A stretch of DNA of 64,000 nucleotides, from NCBI GenBank assembly GCA_002011165.2, contig MTMI02000003.1, forward strand, positions 116,088 through 180,087. Direction: 5' to 3'. Positions 29,284-39,793 of this stretch are shown piece by piece. The notes beneath the pieces are model-generated. The model was not told where the DNA came from. It was given only the letters and a program-made list of their open reading frames with translations, and did not search any database. Each line of letters starts with the position of its first letter. Position 1 is the first letter of the stretch. The position numbers and the translations under genes were made by a program. Origin of the DNA: Candidatus Mnemosynella biddleae (GTDB taxonomy: Archaea; Halobacteriota; Archaeoglobi; Mnemosynellales; Mnemosynellaceae).

Positions 29284-30259
29284 AAGCGATAAATTCTCGA
29301 AAAAGATCTTTTCAGATGAGGACGGATTGAGATTTGCAACTCCCGAGATTGTCGCTGAATACAGAGCAAAAAGATTGAAGTGCAACATTATAGGAGAGCT
29401 TGGATGTGGAATTGGGGGTCAGACAATTTATTTTGCTAAGTACTCAAAAGATGTAATTGCTGCAGAGAGGAGTGAAGAGAGACTTGAGTGCGCAAAAAGG
29501 AACTGCAAGATCTACGGAGTCTCAAACGTTAAATTCGTTCACGGTGATGTGATGAGCGAAGAGGTGAGAAGATGCTTCCGAGACGCGGAGATCATTTTTT
29601 GTGACCCATCAAGACCTCCAGAGGAGGATTTCAGAGATATCATGAAAACTGAGCCAAAAATCACAGAAATCATGAGATTTTACGGAGAATTTACAGAGAA
29701 TTTCTCTTTTGAGGTGCCACCGCAAATTCCTCCCTCAAGGGTACCTTTTGAGTGCGAAAAAGAGTACGTTTCTCTCAACCATCAGCTGAACAGATTGAAT
29801 CTCTATCTTGGAGATTTGAAGAGAAGCGATGTCTCTGTGGTGATTTTACCAGGAGAGTACGTGCTCTGTGGTGATGGAGAGATCAAATACGGAGGATTTG
29901 ATGAGTATCTTCATGAGGTTGATCCTGCAGTTATCAAAGCCGGTCTTATTGGAGTTCTCTGCGAGAGATACAATCTCCACATATGTTTCAGAGATGAGAG
30001 GAGGGTTCTTCTGAGCGGAGGTGAGGTTTCATCTCCTTTCCTGAAGCATTCCTATAGGTTAATCTCCATATGCAACACTCTCTCAGAGGTTAAAAGCGTG
30101 CTCAAAAAGATGAGAGCGGATAAGGCCATCCTGAGGTTCAAGATAGATCCTTCAGAATATTGGAGGGTTAGGAGGAAAGTGGAGGAAGGGTTAAATGGGG
30201 AGAAGGTTTTCCATATTTTCAGAGGAGAAAAATATATCGTATGTGAGAGATTGAGATGA
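29255..30259 (+). CDS. Class I SAM methyltransferase, Tgs1-like N-terminal domain with C-terminal extension
   Basis: GLRFATPEIVAEYRA, ELGCGIGGQ, KRNCKIYG, FCDPSRPP. Confidence 0.8.
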   Translation: MKLKMIRRVRSDKFSKKIFSDEDGLRFATPEIVAEYRAKRLKCNIIGELGCGIGGQTIYFAKYSKDVIAAERSEERLECAKRNCKIYGVSNVKFVHGDVMSEEVRRCFRDAEIIFCDPSRPPEEDFRDIMKTEPKITEIMRFYGEFTENFSFEVPPQIPPSRVPFECEKEYVSLNHQLNRLNLYLGDLKRSDVSVVILPGEYVLCGDGEIKYGGFDEYLHEVDPAVIKAGLIGVLCERYNLHICFRDERRVLLSGGEVSSPFLKHSYRLISICNTLSEVKSVLKKMRADKAILRFKIDPSEYWRVRRKVEEGLNGEKVFHIFRGEKYIVCERLR

Positions 30260-31086
30260 GAGGTAAGGGCTTCGCATATGGAGCGGGAACTATCGTAAAT
30301 GCAATTGCAACTTTAAAAGGAGCTTCTTTCGGGCTTCCTCTTAGAGTAGAAGTAAGAGTCGAGTTTGGAGAGGATCTGAGAGGAGTTTCTGGGAGTGTCG
30401 AAGGCGGTGGAGATCCGTTTCTCCTAGAATTCTGCGTTAGAGAGTGGATTGAAAAGTTTGGATATGAAGGGGGAGCTTTTGTGACGAGTTCCTCAGAAAT
30501 ACCCCAAGCAAGCGGTCTGAAGAGTAGCAGTGCAGTTGTGAATGCAACTCTTCTAGCTTGTATGGATGCTTTTGGAATAAAGATGAGTGCTCTTGAAATA
30601 GCGAGATGGAACGCAGAGATTTCCCTTAAAGCTGGCGTCTCGGTAACTGGAGCTTTCGACGATGCCATAACTTCTCTTTTGGGAGGTATTGTTTTAAGTG
30701 ATAACGCAAAGAGAGAGATTCTCAAAAGAGTGGAGCTCAAAAGAGAAGTTTCGGTGCTGATTCCAGAAGGAAAAGTAGAGAGTGGAAAAGTGGATGTTAA
30801 AAGGTGTAGAGCGATTGCACCAATAATAGAAATTGCCTTTGACAGAGCTATGAGAGAAGAATTTGAAGAGGCAATGTTAATAAATGGATTTCCCTACTGT
30901 GCAGCTCTGAATCTGAGCACAGAGCCGATCATCGACGCTCTGAAACGTGGAGTCAAGGGAGTGACCCTCTCGGGTACTGGCCCCTCTTACGTTGCCTGGG
31001 GTGAAATAGAAGATTGGAAGAACTACGGAACGGTTATTAAATCTCGTGTGAATAACAAGGGGGTGATAAAATATGAGGAGTCTTGA
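30256..31086 (+). CDS. aroK: Archaeal (GHMP) shikimate kinase
   Basis: TIVNAIAT, GLKSSSA, TGAFDD, LSGTGPS. Confidence 0.92.
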   Translation: MRGKGFAYGAGTIVNAIATLKGASFGLPLRVEVRVEFGEDLRGVSGSVEGGGDPFLLEFCVREWIEKFGYEGGAFVTSSSEIPQASGLKSSSAVVNATLLACMDAFGIKMSALEIARWNAEISLKAGVSVTGAFDDAITSLLGGIVLSDNAKREILKRVELKREVSVLIPEGKVESGKVDVKRCRAIAPIIEIAFDRAMREEFEEAMLINGFPYCAALNLSTEPIIDALKRGVKGVTLSGTGPSYVAWGEIEDWKNYGTVIKSRVNNKGVIKYEES

Positions 31087-31366
31087 AGAAATTAGAAAGG
31101 AGATTGAAGATATAGATAGAGAAATAGTCGAATTAATAGCGAAGAGGACGAATTTGGCGAGAGAAATTGTTGAAGCCAAAAAAAGAGAGGGTGTGCGAAT
31201 AGAGGTTGAAGATGAAGAGCAGAAGAGGAAAGTAATAGGAAGAGCAATAAAACTGGCAACAGAGAGAAACATCGATCCATCAAGCATTAAGGAGATTTTC
31301 GAAATTCTGACTAAAATGAACTGGGAACAACAGAAAATGCTCTTAGGAGAAGTTAACTCCTTCTAA
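31073..31366 (+). CDS. Chorismate mutase (AroQ type)
   Basis: LEEIRKEIEDIDREIVELIAKR...K; context with aroK and tyrA. Confidence 0.88.
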   Translation: MRSLEEIRKEIEDIDREIVELIAKRTNLAREIVEAKKREGVRIEVEDEEQKRKVIGRAIKLATERNIDPSSIKEIFEILTKMNWEQQKMLLGEVNSF

Positions 31367-32363
31367 TGACCTCATATTCATCGAGATTAATAGTCACAGT
31401 CTGTCCATTTACCTCGAGTCTCAGAAGATTCTCCTCTACCTCCAGGAGCCTCCCTTTCAAAATCTCAGAAGTTTTCAGATCCCTCAGAACTATCTCCGAA
31501 TTAATTGATGATTTTAGGAGCTCTATTTCCTCTATTTTGCACTTTATAAGTTTCTCGGATCTGAGGAATGCATGAAATGTATCTTCAAAATGCTCCGAAG
31601 CTCTTTTCATGAGCTCAGCAAACTTTGATTCGTCGACTGACTTATTAAGTTCAACTACACTTTCAATAAATGCTTTTCTCACCTCTTTTGCGTGAGGGTT
31701 TTTCTGTATTTCCTCGTACATTCTAGGATTTTGGTGAAGAATTCTTCCAACGAGATCAAAGAAAATCAGATAAACAGGTGGTATGAGATGAGTGAGGGGC
31801 TTAAATCCGAGTTTTCTAAGGACCACTCCAAAACTCACGAGAGAGAAGTGAGAAAGGCATTGAACGATTGCCATGATTTTATCGTGTTCTTCAGGACTCA
31901 TGAGAACAGTTTTCACACCTTCTCCTTCGAGAACCTCCTCCAGAAACTCCAGATGCTCCTCTCGATGTCTTGCAGGAGTTAAAACTACTGTCTGTCCTTT
32001 TAAAGGTGTGAAAGGGCCAAAAAGAGGATGCATTCCTATAACGCTGACGTCCTCTGAAGAATTATTTAGCATCTCTCTTACCGGAAATTCTTTAAGAGAC
32101 GTGAGATCTGTTAAAAGGGCTCCGCTCTTCGCCCTAGGTGCAACTTCTCTGATAACTTCGGAGGTATTTTCAATTGGAACAGAAAAGACCACAACATCCA
32201 TTTCCGGAATTTCTTCAAGAGAGCACATCCCCACGGAGAGTTTTCTCGCAACACTTTCGGTTTCTTCCGAGACGTCCATTATGTAAACTTCACCATATCT
32301 GGAGAAGATCTCAGCAAAAAGTCTACCCATCTTTCCTGCTCCTCCAACAACGCATATCTTCAT
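31353..32363 (-). CDS. tyrA: Prephenate dehydrogenase
   Basis: GGAGKMG, DLTSLK, HPLFGP, EHDKIMAIVQ. Confidence 0.9.
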   Translation of the reverse strand: MKICVVGGAGKMGRLFAEIFSRYGEVYIMDVSEETESVARKLSVGMCSLEEIPEMDVVVFSVPIENTSEVIREVAPRAKSGALLTDLTSLKEFPVREMLNNSSEDVSVIGMHPLFGPFTPLKGQTVVLTPARHREEHLEFLEEVLEGEGVKTVLMSPEEHDKIMAIVQCLSHFSLVSFGVVLRKLGFKPLTHLIPPVYLIFFDLVGRILHQNPRMYEEIQKNPHAKEVRKAFIESVVELNKSVDESKFAELMKRASEHFEDTFHAFLRSEKLIKCKIEEIELLKSSINSEIVLRDLKTSEILKGRLLEVEENLLRLEVNGQTVTINLDEYEVIRRS

Positions 32364-33154
32364 TCCTTCACCGCCCCTCTAACTGCGTTTTCCATAACTT
32401 CGAAAGGAGCTTTCCTGTTAAACCAAATCTCAAAATTCAGAGCGCCCTGATGAAGGAGAACAGAGAGGCCATCAACTGTTTTCGCTCCAGCTTTCTTTGC
32501 CTCTTTCAGTAACCTCGTCTCTGGAGGTACATAAACTATGTCGAGAACAGTAAGATCCTCGTGAAGATCTTCCGCATAAAGAAGCGACTCATCAGACTTC
32601 ATACCAACAGGAGTAGTGTTTATCACTATATCTGCAAATTTCACAGCTCTTCTTAGATTTTCCACAACGGATGCTCCAGTAAGTTCTGCAAGTTTTTTTG
32701 ATCTTTCTAAACTTCTATTCCATATAAGGAGTCTCACATCCTCAAATGATAGACGGACTGCTATAGCTTTTGCAGAACCGCCTGCTCCGAGAATGAGGAC
32801 TTTTGAGCCTTTTACCTCTGTTCCACTGCTTTCTATGGCTCTGAGAGCTCCATCTCCATCAGTATTGAAGCCAAGAACCTCATCAGAGAACTTGAGTGTA
32901 TTCACCGCATTCGCAATTTTTGAGACTTCATCCATCTTCCTAACGATGGATGATGCAACTTCTTTGTGGGGCATCGTGACGTTCAAACCGAGAAATCCTA
33001 GAGCCCGAGCGCCTTTTATTGCAGTTATCGCATCCTCAACCTCAAATGGAAGATAAACTGCATCCATTCCGAAATGTTCAAAAGCTGCTCTGTACATCAC
33101 AGGTGAGAGAGAATGTGAGACAGGTTTCCCTATGATTCCAAGAATCTTCATCAA
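32360..33154 (-). CDS. aroE: Shikimate dehydrogenase
   Basis: HSLSP, NVTMPHK, NTDG, GAGGSA, NTTPVGM. Confidence 0.95.
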   Translation of the reverse strand: MMKILGIIGKPVSHSLSPVMYRAAFEHFGMDAVYLPFEVEDAITAIKGARALGFLGLNVTMPHKEVASSIVRKMDEVSKIANAVNTLKFSDEVLGFNTDGDGALRAIESSGTEVKGSKVLILGAGGSAKAIAVRLSFEDVRLLIWNRSLERSKKLAELTGASVVENLRRAVKFADIVINTTPVGMKSDESLLYAEDLHEDLTVLDIVYVPPETRLLKEAKKAGAKTVDGLSVLLHQGALNFEIWFNRKAPFEVMENAVRGAVKE

Positions 33155-33235
33155 ACGATGATTCGAGTTGAGGAATTTAAAAGATTATGCTTCAAAAACC
33201 AAAAGATTAAATTGAGTTGAGGAGGAGCATATACC

Positions 33236-34171
33236 ATGCCACTTCCTGATGTTCAATCGAGTGAACCAGATATTCGAATTAATCTCACACGAGTTGGAGT
33301 AACTGATGTGAAAAAGCTTGTGAAAGTTTTAAGAAAGGATAAAAGGCCGATAATACTCATCTCTACCTTCGACATCTTTGTTGATCTTCCGAAAGATAGA
33401 AAGGGTGCCAATCTCTCGAGAAACTTTGAAGCTATAGATGAGGTTCTTGAGGAGACGACTTTTGAACCAGTGACAGAGATAGAGGAGCTATGCAGTAGAA
33501 TTTCTGAAGAGCTCCTAAAGAGACACGAGTATGCATCAAGAGCAGAAGTTCATATGAGGAGCGAGTATGTGATAAGAAGAGAGACTCCAGTAACGAAGAT
33601 GAAATGCCAAGAAGTTGTGGACATCTTTGCTAGTGCAATTTCCACAAGAGAGGATGGTGTGACTACGCGAAAATCTATAGGAGCAGAAGTTGTTGGTATG
33701 ACTGCCTGTCCCTGCGCTCAGGGAATGATGAAAGAGATTGCAATTAAAAAGCTTAGAGAGTTGGGGATGAATGATAAGGAGATTGAAGAGTTTATTGCAT
33801 GTGTACCGATTGCAACACACAATCAAAGAGGAAGAGGATTTATCTCGATAGAAGTTGGAGGAAAGGATAAAATTCCGTCACTGGATAGAATAATAGAGAT
33901 CATCGAGGATTCTATGAGCACAAGAATCTACGAGCTTTTGAAGAGGAATGATGAGGCAAGAGTCGTTATGGATGCTCATCGAAATCCAAAGTTCGTTGAG
34001 GATTGCGTCAGAGAGATGGCAAGAAGAGTTGTTGAGGAGTTCCCTCAGCTATCGGATGATGCTGTGATCACAATAAAGCAGGTGAACGAAGAGAGCATCC
34101 ACAGACATAATGCTTTTGCGGAGAAGATAGCAACCATGGGAGAGCTAAGAAGAGAGTTGAACGGAGGATGA
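33236..34171 (+). CDS. mptA: GTP cyclohydrolase IV (methanopterin biosynthesis)
   Basis: [35 protein letters not shown]. Confidence 0.93.
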   Translation: MPLPDVQSSEPDIRINLTRVGVTDVKKLVKVLRKDKRPIILISTFDIFVDLPKDRKGANLSRNFEAIDEVLEETTFEPVTEIEELCSRISEELLKRHEYASRAEVHMRSEYVIRRETPVTKMKCQEVVDIFASAISTREDGVTTRKSIGAEVVGMTACPCAQGMMKEIAIKKLRELGMNDKEIEEFIACVPIATHNQRGRGFISIEVGGKDKIPSLDRIIEIIEDSMSTRIYELLKRNDEARVVMDAHRNPKFVEDCVREMARRVVEEFPQLSDDAVITIKQVNEESIHRHNAFAEKIATMGELRRELNGG

Positions 34172-35730
34172 AACTCCCCAAAATCCTTCCTATTTTACTT
34201 CTTTTCTCTTCTTTTTTCTGCTTCCGCTGAGCTTCTAATAATCGAGGTTGCACCCAACGGCTATGCTCCTAAGGATAATGATGAACTTGTGAGGATTATG
34301 AGCTTAGAAAAAGAGGAGAATTAGGAGAATACACTCTAACTGATCTCGAAGAGACTATTAAACTTCCTGATATCATTTTAAGACCCGGAGAGTCGATTTA
34401 TCTCACGAGAAATGAGAGCTGGCAGATATTTTATGAGAGAGGAGAGCATTGAAGTGAGACTTCCTCATCTCTCAAACGAAGGTGATGAGGTGCTTCTTCT
34501 CAAAGGTGATGAAGTGGTTGATGCGGTGAGATACGGAAAGAGCAAAGAAGTGGAGGGCTGGATTGGAGAGCCATTAAAAACCCCAAAGGAAGGAGAGATT
34601 CTAAAAAGATAGCATGAAGACACAACACAAAAGAAGATTGGATAGGGAATAGATCTTTCTACATAGGTCAATCGAAATTCGGAGAAATGAGTTTTAAAGG
34701 CGAGGTTATTTCTTTACTTCGGAGAACTCTCTCGATGTGATTCTCGATGAACTCGAGAGAGCAAAGAAGTTTATTTATGTGGCTTCCTATACCTTCAATC
34801 ACCCGATAATTGCGGAGCGGCTCCTCGAAACAGTAAAGAGAGGTGTAGAGGTAAGGCTCATCTTAGAAGGTGACCCAATAGGTGGTTTTCAAGAATCAGA
34901 GAATTTAAAAGCGCTTTCAGAACAAGTAAACATCAGACTTATGAGCTCAGAAGAATTGAGAGATCGATACAGATTCATGCATGCGAAATATGTTATGATC
35001 GACGGAGAGAGTTCTCATAACAACGGAAAACCTGAACGAAAGAGGATTTCCAATCTATGAGGGGGAACAAAGAGTAGGGAGTCGTTCTGATTGGAGATTC
35101 TGCAAAGTTCTTTGAAAAAGTCTTCAAAGATGACTGGAATGGTTACGACATGGAAAAAGTACGTAGAGTGGGGGAACTTAAAACTCAGAGTTATAAAGAA
35201 AGAGGGAAGGAGGCTCTACTGTGCAATGCACACTATGATGTCTTTGTTCTTCCAGATGCGGGATTTTCTCCACTTCTTAGAGCAATTGAGAGTGCAGACG
35301 AATTTCTTTATGTAGAGGAGCAATACCTCGAGAAAGATGGAATTTTCATAGATGCATTCTCAAAAAGACCTCAGAAGGTGTAAAGATTAGAATGATTTTG
35401 GATGAGAATGAGGGAAATAAAGAGACAAAAGAATATCTGGAGAGAGTTGCACAGAAAAATGGATGGGATCTTAAAGTTCGGACTATGAAAAACGTTCACA
35501 CAAAGGGAATCGTATCAGAAGACCTAGTTTTGATTTCAAGTGTGAATATGAATGAAGAGTCTGTTTTGATGAACAGGGAGACAGGAGTGATTCTCTATGG
35601 AGAACCGACGAAGTTCTTCAGGAATATCTTCGAAAAGGATTGGAAGGAAGCAGAAAAATCTTCTCCTAATCCCTTCTTTGAAGTTTCACTCGGAGTTCTC
35701 ACTGATTCTACTTGTAAGACGATTTCTTAG
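34168..35730 (+). pseudogene. Secreted lamin-tail/phospholipase D (two HKD) protein broken by multiple frameshifts and stops
   Basis: Signal-like start, fragments IIEVAPNG, LSNEGDEV, MHAKYVMIDG, VHTKGIVSE, NRETG spread over several frames. Confidence 0.8.
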
Positions 35731-35979
35731 ATATTAATTCCCACTCTACTAATCCTCAGATCCCCTGGATGAAGATTATCTGATGGGAGTGATCGAAGTC
35801 ATAGAGGTTCTTGACCTCTTACTGTCGAGGAGTTGAAGTATCGGAATTTTGATAAAATTCTGAGGTAACTTTTTGAGGGGGGATGCTGAGAGAAGTTCAT
35901 ACGTGGATCAAATATAAAAAATTCTAAAAACACTTTCCAATGATGCGTTAATTTTAAGATGTATGAAGTGAAAGAAGTT

Positions 35980-36031
35980 TTGAGAAATGGTGCTATCCAT
36001 CCCCTCGAGCCCCACCATTTCTCAATTTTTT
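35980..36031 (+). other. Perfect 13-bp inverted repeat followed by T6 (terminator-like hairpin)
   Basis: TTGAGAAATGGTG 35980-35992 / CACCATTTCTCAA 36013-36025. Confidence 0.7.
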
Positions 36032-36054
36032 CCCCCTCTTTTTGAGGTGTTAAG

Positions 36055-36636
36055 ATGGCGAGCTTTGAGATCGTCTTGAAGGGAGAGATTATCAGAAAAA
36101 ACGATCTTATTCTCTATGCTTCATCAACAGTTTGTTTTATCGATGATGGAATTTATCTCATCGTTGACACCGGAAATAGAGATAAAAAAGTGGAAATTCT
36201 CGAAAGAATGAATGAGATTGGAATATCTCCAAAAGAGATCGATGTTATTTTTAACACTCATGCTCACAGAGATCATATAGGAAACAATGAGCTCTTCGTA
36301 AATGCAAAGATTTTCGCTCCAGAAGTAGAATGCCTTGAAATTCCAAAAGCCGAAGTCTCTCTAGATTTTCTCTCTGACAACGTGAGAGTTCTGAAGACGC
36401 CAGGGCACACATGGAACCATTCCTCTGTTCTCATAGATGAGAAGATTTGTGTTGCAGGAGATGCAATTCCAACATTAGAGAATCTGAAGAACTGGAGTCC
36501 CCCAAGAATTCATGTTTCCAAGGAGTTAGCGATGGAGAGTATGAGAAGGATAATTGAGAGCTCGGAACTCATAATTCCGGGTCATGATGATGTGTGCTTT
36601 AGAGAAGATGTAAACAACTGGTTGAAGTCAAAGTGA
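36055..36636 (+). CDS. MBL-fold metallo-hydrolase
   Basis: VDTG, THAHRDHIG, TPGHT, AGDA, IPGH. Confidence 0.9.
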   Translation: MASFEIVLKGEIIRKNDLILYASSTVCFIDDGIYLIVDTGNRDKKVEILERMNEIGISPKEIDVIFNTHAHRDHIGNNELFVNAKIFAPEVECLEIPKAEVSLDFLSDNVRVLKTPGHTWNHSSVLIDEKICVAGDAIPTLENLKNWSPPRIHVSKELAMESMRRIIESSELIIPGHDDVCFREDVNNWLKSK

Positions 36637-37758
36637 GGAGAGGATTTCTTCAATAGTCTCTCCGAAAAGAGCGAGATAACACAATCCAAAGAGATAGATC
36701 TTAACAAATTCTTTTTTTCTCACTTTATCATTTAATTCTCCTTTTTTGAGAAGAAGAGCGAATTGAAAGTCTTTCTGAGATGCAAGAGCTGTGGAAAGAG
36801 AAGAATTTAGAGAGAGATCAAAAAAATCATCAGAAACCTCCATTTCGAGGAGATCTTCTCGAAAATATCCAGGAAGTTTGGAGATGATTATAAAGTGAGA
36901 GATCCCTTTTTCCCTCAAAATCTTCTTGATCTTGAAAAGTTTCTCGAAGATATTCCACCTCTCAGCAGGAATCTGAAGCCATGAGGTTGGATTAACGGGA
37001 CACTCTCCGTGTCCGATCTTCTTCCCATGATAAATTGCAACTCCAATGAAGTCCTTCGCCCTATCAATAGCTTCACTGAGTTCAAAACCCTTCGCTAAGA
37101 ATGCTGTAATTGCAGCTGAAAAAGTGCATCCCGTTCCATGAGTGCATCCAGATAACCTCGAGGATGAAAAGGTCTTGAGCTCTCCATTCTGATAGAGTAC
37201 GTCCTTAGGCTCTCCACTGAAATGTCCGCCCTTTACAAGCACCGCTCTTGCCCCTGTGTTCCTTGAGATCCTCTCAGCAGCTTTTTTGGCATCTTCCAAA
37301 GTCTTAACTCTAACTCCACTCAGCACCTCCGCTTCCAGAATATTTGGAGTCACGAGAGTTGCGAGAGGAAAGAGTTCCTTTTTCAACACCTCAACTGCAT
37401 CTTTCCTCAATAGCTCCCTCCCAGACGTTGCTCTGATCACTGGATCGACAACCAGAGGGATTTCACTCTCTCTAAAGAATTGAGAGATAACTCTCACAAT
37501 TTCAGAGCTCAGAAGCATACCGGTTTTCGCAGAATCTATACCTAAATCCTCGAAAACTGCGTTAATCTGCTCATAAACAATCTCTGCTGGAACCTCATGA
37601 ACGGATTTAACTTCTTTCGTATTCTGAGCAGTGATTGCAGTTATTGCAACTAGCGGATGGACACCAAGAGCAGAAAAAGTTTTAATATCAGCTTCTATAC
37701 CTGCTCCTCCTCCACTATCACTTCCCGCAATTGTTAGAGCAGTCTTAATCTTTCTCAT
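36628..37758 (-). CDS. thiD: HMP/HMP-P kinase ThiD with degenerate C-terminal extension
   Basis: IAGSDSGGGAGIEAD, KTGML, VDPV, TPN, KGGH, HGTGCT. Confidence 0.93.
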   Translation of the reverse strand: MRKIKTALTIAGSDSGGGAGIEADIKTFSALGVHPLVAITAITAQNTKEVKSVHEVPAEIVYEQINAVFEDLGIDSAKTGMLLSSEIVRVISQFFRESEIPLVVDPVIRATSGRELLRKDAVEVLKKELFPLATLVTPNILEAEVLSGVRVKTLEDAKKAAERISRNTGARAVLVKGGHFSGEPKDVLYQNGELKTFSSSRLSGCTHGTGCTFSAAITAFLAKGFELSEAIDRAKDFIGVAIYHGKKIGHGECPVNPTSWLQIPAERWNIFEKLFKIKKILREKGISHFIIISKLPGYFREDLLEMEVSDDFFDLSLNSSLSTALASQKDFQFALLLKKGELNDKVRKKEFVKIYLFGLCYLALFGETIEEILSSL

Positions 37759-38383
37759 GATCTTTGAAAAAGTCATCTATAATTTTTCTCATCCTCCTCG
37801 TTGCCTCTTCGATATCTTCGGCACCCATGATTGCAGAGATCACCGCTATTCCCTCCACTCCTTTTTCAAGAACTTTGAGAGCGCTCTCGTGATTGATTCC
37901 ACCAATTGCGACTACGGGTATCCTCACCCTTTTTACAACCTCTTCGAGAGCCTCTAACCCGAGAAACTCCACATCTTCTTTCGTTACAGTGGGGAAGATC
38001 GTTCCTGCTCCTATGTAATCTGCACCTCCCTTCTCCGCCTCAATGGCCTCCTCAAGAGAGCTCGCAGAAACTCCAACAATCAAGTTGGGAGCAATTTCCT
38101 TGACGAGCTCTACAGGCATATCTTCTTGACCAACATGAGCTCCGTCTGCATCAACCGCAAGAGCAACGTCAACTCTATCGTTAACGAAGAACAAAGCCTC
38201 ATACTCAGAAGTAAGCTTTCTTATCTCCTTTCCGACCCTGATCATTTCTCTTGTCGGTGCTTCCTTCATCCTCAACTGAATTGTAGTTGCGCCTCCTTTC
38301 AGAGCTTTCTCTGTTCCTTCAACTTCATCTGCAAGTCTTCCATCAGTTATGACATAGAGTTTCAATTTCTCTCTAAGCTTCAA
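37745..38383 (-). CDS. thiE: Thiamine-phosphate synthase
   Basis: LYVITD, QLRMK, VNDRVD, HVGQED, AIGGI. Confidence 0.95.
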   Translation of the reverse strand: MKLREKLKLYVITDGRLADEVEGTEKALKGGATTIQLRMKEAPTREMIRVGKEIRKLTSEYEALFFVNDRVDVALAVDADGAHVGQEDMPVELVKEIAPNLIVGVSASSLEEAIEAEKGGADYIGAGTIFPTVTKEDVEFLGLEALEEVVKRVRIPVVAIGGINHESALKVLEKGVEGIAVISAIMGAEDIEEATRRMRKIIDDFFKDHEKD

Positions 38384-39176
38384 TCTCCTCCACCTTCCCC
38401 TTCTCCTCTATCAACTCACCATCAATTCTGTAAAGCCAGTCGTAGAGCTTTAAATGAAAGCTTCCCGGATAAGGAGCTTCTTCATAGCTCTTCTCAGCAC
38501 AAACTCCGAAAACTACAAGTGCACTTATAGAGGCGTAAAGAGGCTCATCCACAGCTGAAAAAGCTCCGATGATAGAAGAGACCATACACCCAGTTCCTGT
38601 GACTCTTTCAAGCATCTCGTGACCATTCATGACCGAGAAGATCTTCGATCCATTGCTCACATAATCAACTTTCCCCGTCACCGCAACGGTGCATCCGAAG
38701 ATTTCTGAAGCTTTTAGAGCCAGATTTCTTGCTCCTTCAATATCATATTCGGCTGAGTCCACTCCTCTTGTCGCTCCATGTTCTCCGAGAAGGGCTTTGA
38801 TCTCTCCGAAATTTCCTCTCAAAATGCTTATTGCTCCACTTTCAAGAAGCTTCAGACTTATCTCTGTCCTTAGTCTAGTTGCTCCAGCTCCAACAGGATC
38901 GAGGATTACTGGTTTTTTAAGATTGTCTGCAATTTCAACTGCTCTCTCCATAGATCTTATCCAGTGTCCATCGAGAGTTCCGATATTTATAACAAGAGCG
39001 TCTGCAAGTTTTAGCATATCCTCAAGCTCTTCAACTGCATGAGCCATCACGGGTGAGGCTCCGATGGAGAGGAGAGCATTTGCTGTTGTATTCATCACAA
39101 CAAAATTCGTAATGTTCTGAACGAGAGGTCTTCTTCTCCTCAATTCCTCTAGATTTTTTGCAATTCTATCCTTCAT
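38373..39176 (-). CDS. thiM: Hydroxyethylthiazole kinase
   Basis: ITNFVVMNTTAN, GASPVM, DPVGAGAT, RGNFGEI, TGTGC. Confidence 0.95.
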   Translation of the reverse strand: MKDRIAKNLEELRRRRPLVQNITNFVVMNTTANALLSIGASPVMAHAVEELEDMLKLADALVINIGTLDGHWIRSMERAVEIADNLKKPVILDPVGAGATRLRTEISLKLLESGAISILRGNFGEIKALLGEHGATRGVDSAEYDIEGARNLALKASEIFGCTVAVTGKVDYVSNGSKIFSVMNGHEMLERVTGTGCMVSSIIGAFSAVDEPLYASISALVVFGVCAEKSYEEAPYPGSFHLKLYDWLYRIDGELIEEKGKVEEIEA

Positions 39177-39298
39177 TCCAGCTCACCTCGAAAGAAGCTT
39201 GACAATTACTTCTCCAAGCCCGTAATTTTCTTTTTTTCAGCTCTATGAGGACTGTCAAGAAAGAATTTGATGAGCTTTTATAAATATTTTGTTGAAAT

Positions 39299-39772
39299 CT
39301 ACAACTCAGTTATATCCAGCTCTCTGAGAACAAGTTTCACAGCTTCGTCAATAGCTCTTTTCACTTCCTCGCTTACGATATCTGTATATTCCGTCACAAC
39401 TCCGGCCTCAATCCCAATAACAAGAATGTCCTTCGTAATTCTCTCAGGAAAGACCTTCTCTGCAAGTTCAAGAGTTTCCAAAAGACCTATATCATGAGGG
39501 GAGATCATGAAGAAGTTCGCAGAGGGGAGCTCCTCCCTCCTGAAAACGTGAAGCGTTCCAGTAGGTGCTCCTGTTTTCACAGCATCAACCACAATGATCT
39601 TCTTCCTATCGAGAAGAAGTTCGATAATCCCGAGACCTCCAACTCCGACATCCTCGAGTTCAATATTATCTGGAAGTTTATACTCTCTGAGTTTTTCAAT
39701 GACTCTATTTCCAGCTCCATCATCCCCCATAAGGGGATTTCCACATCCTATGATCAGAATTGGCTTGGGCAT
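39299..39772 (-). CDS. [NiFe]-hydrogenase maturation protease
   Basis: GCGNPLMGDDGAG, VVDAV, SPHD. Confidence 0.93.
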   Translation of the reverse strand: MPKPILIIGCGNPLMGDDGAGNRVIEKLREYKLPDNIELEDVGVGGLGIIELLLDRKKIIVVDAVKTGAPTGTLHVFRREELPSANFFMISPHDIGLLETLELAEKVFPERITKDILVIGIEAGVVTEYTDIVSEEVKRAIDEAVKLVLRELDITEL

Positions 39773-39793
39773 AAAAAAGAGGAGGAGAAAGGA

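Noticed and set aside
35740-35870. Possible C/D or H/ACA sRNA (AUGAAGA, CUGA, several short hairpins)
   Set aside because: Box spacing is too short for a guide region and no ACA follows the basal stem; an Infernal/snoscan run would be needed
39177-39290. TPP riboswitch upstream of thiM
   Set aside because: CUGAGA and ACCUGA/AGGGA aptamer signatures are absent
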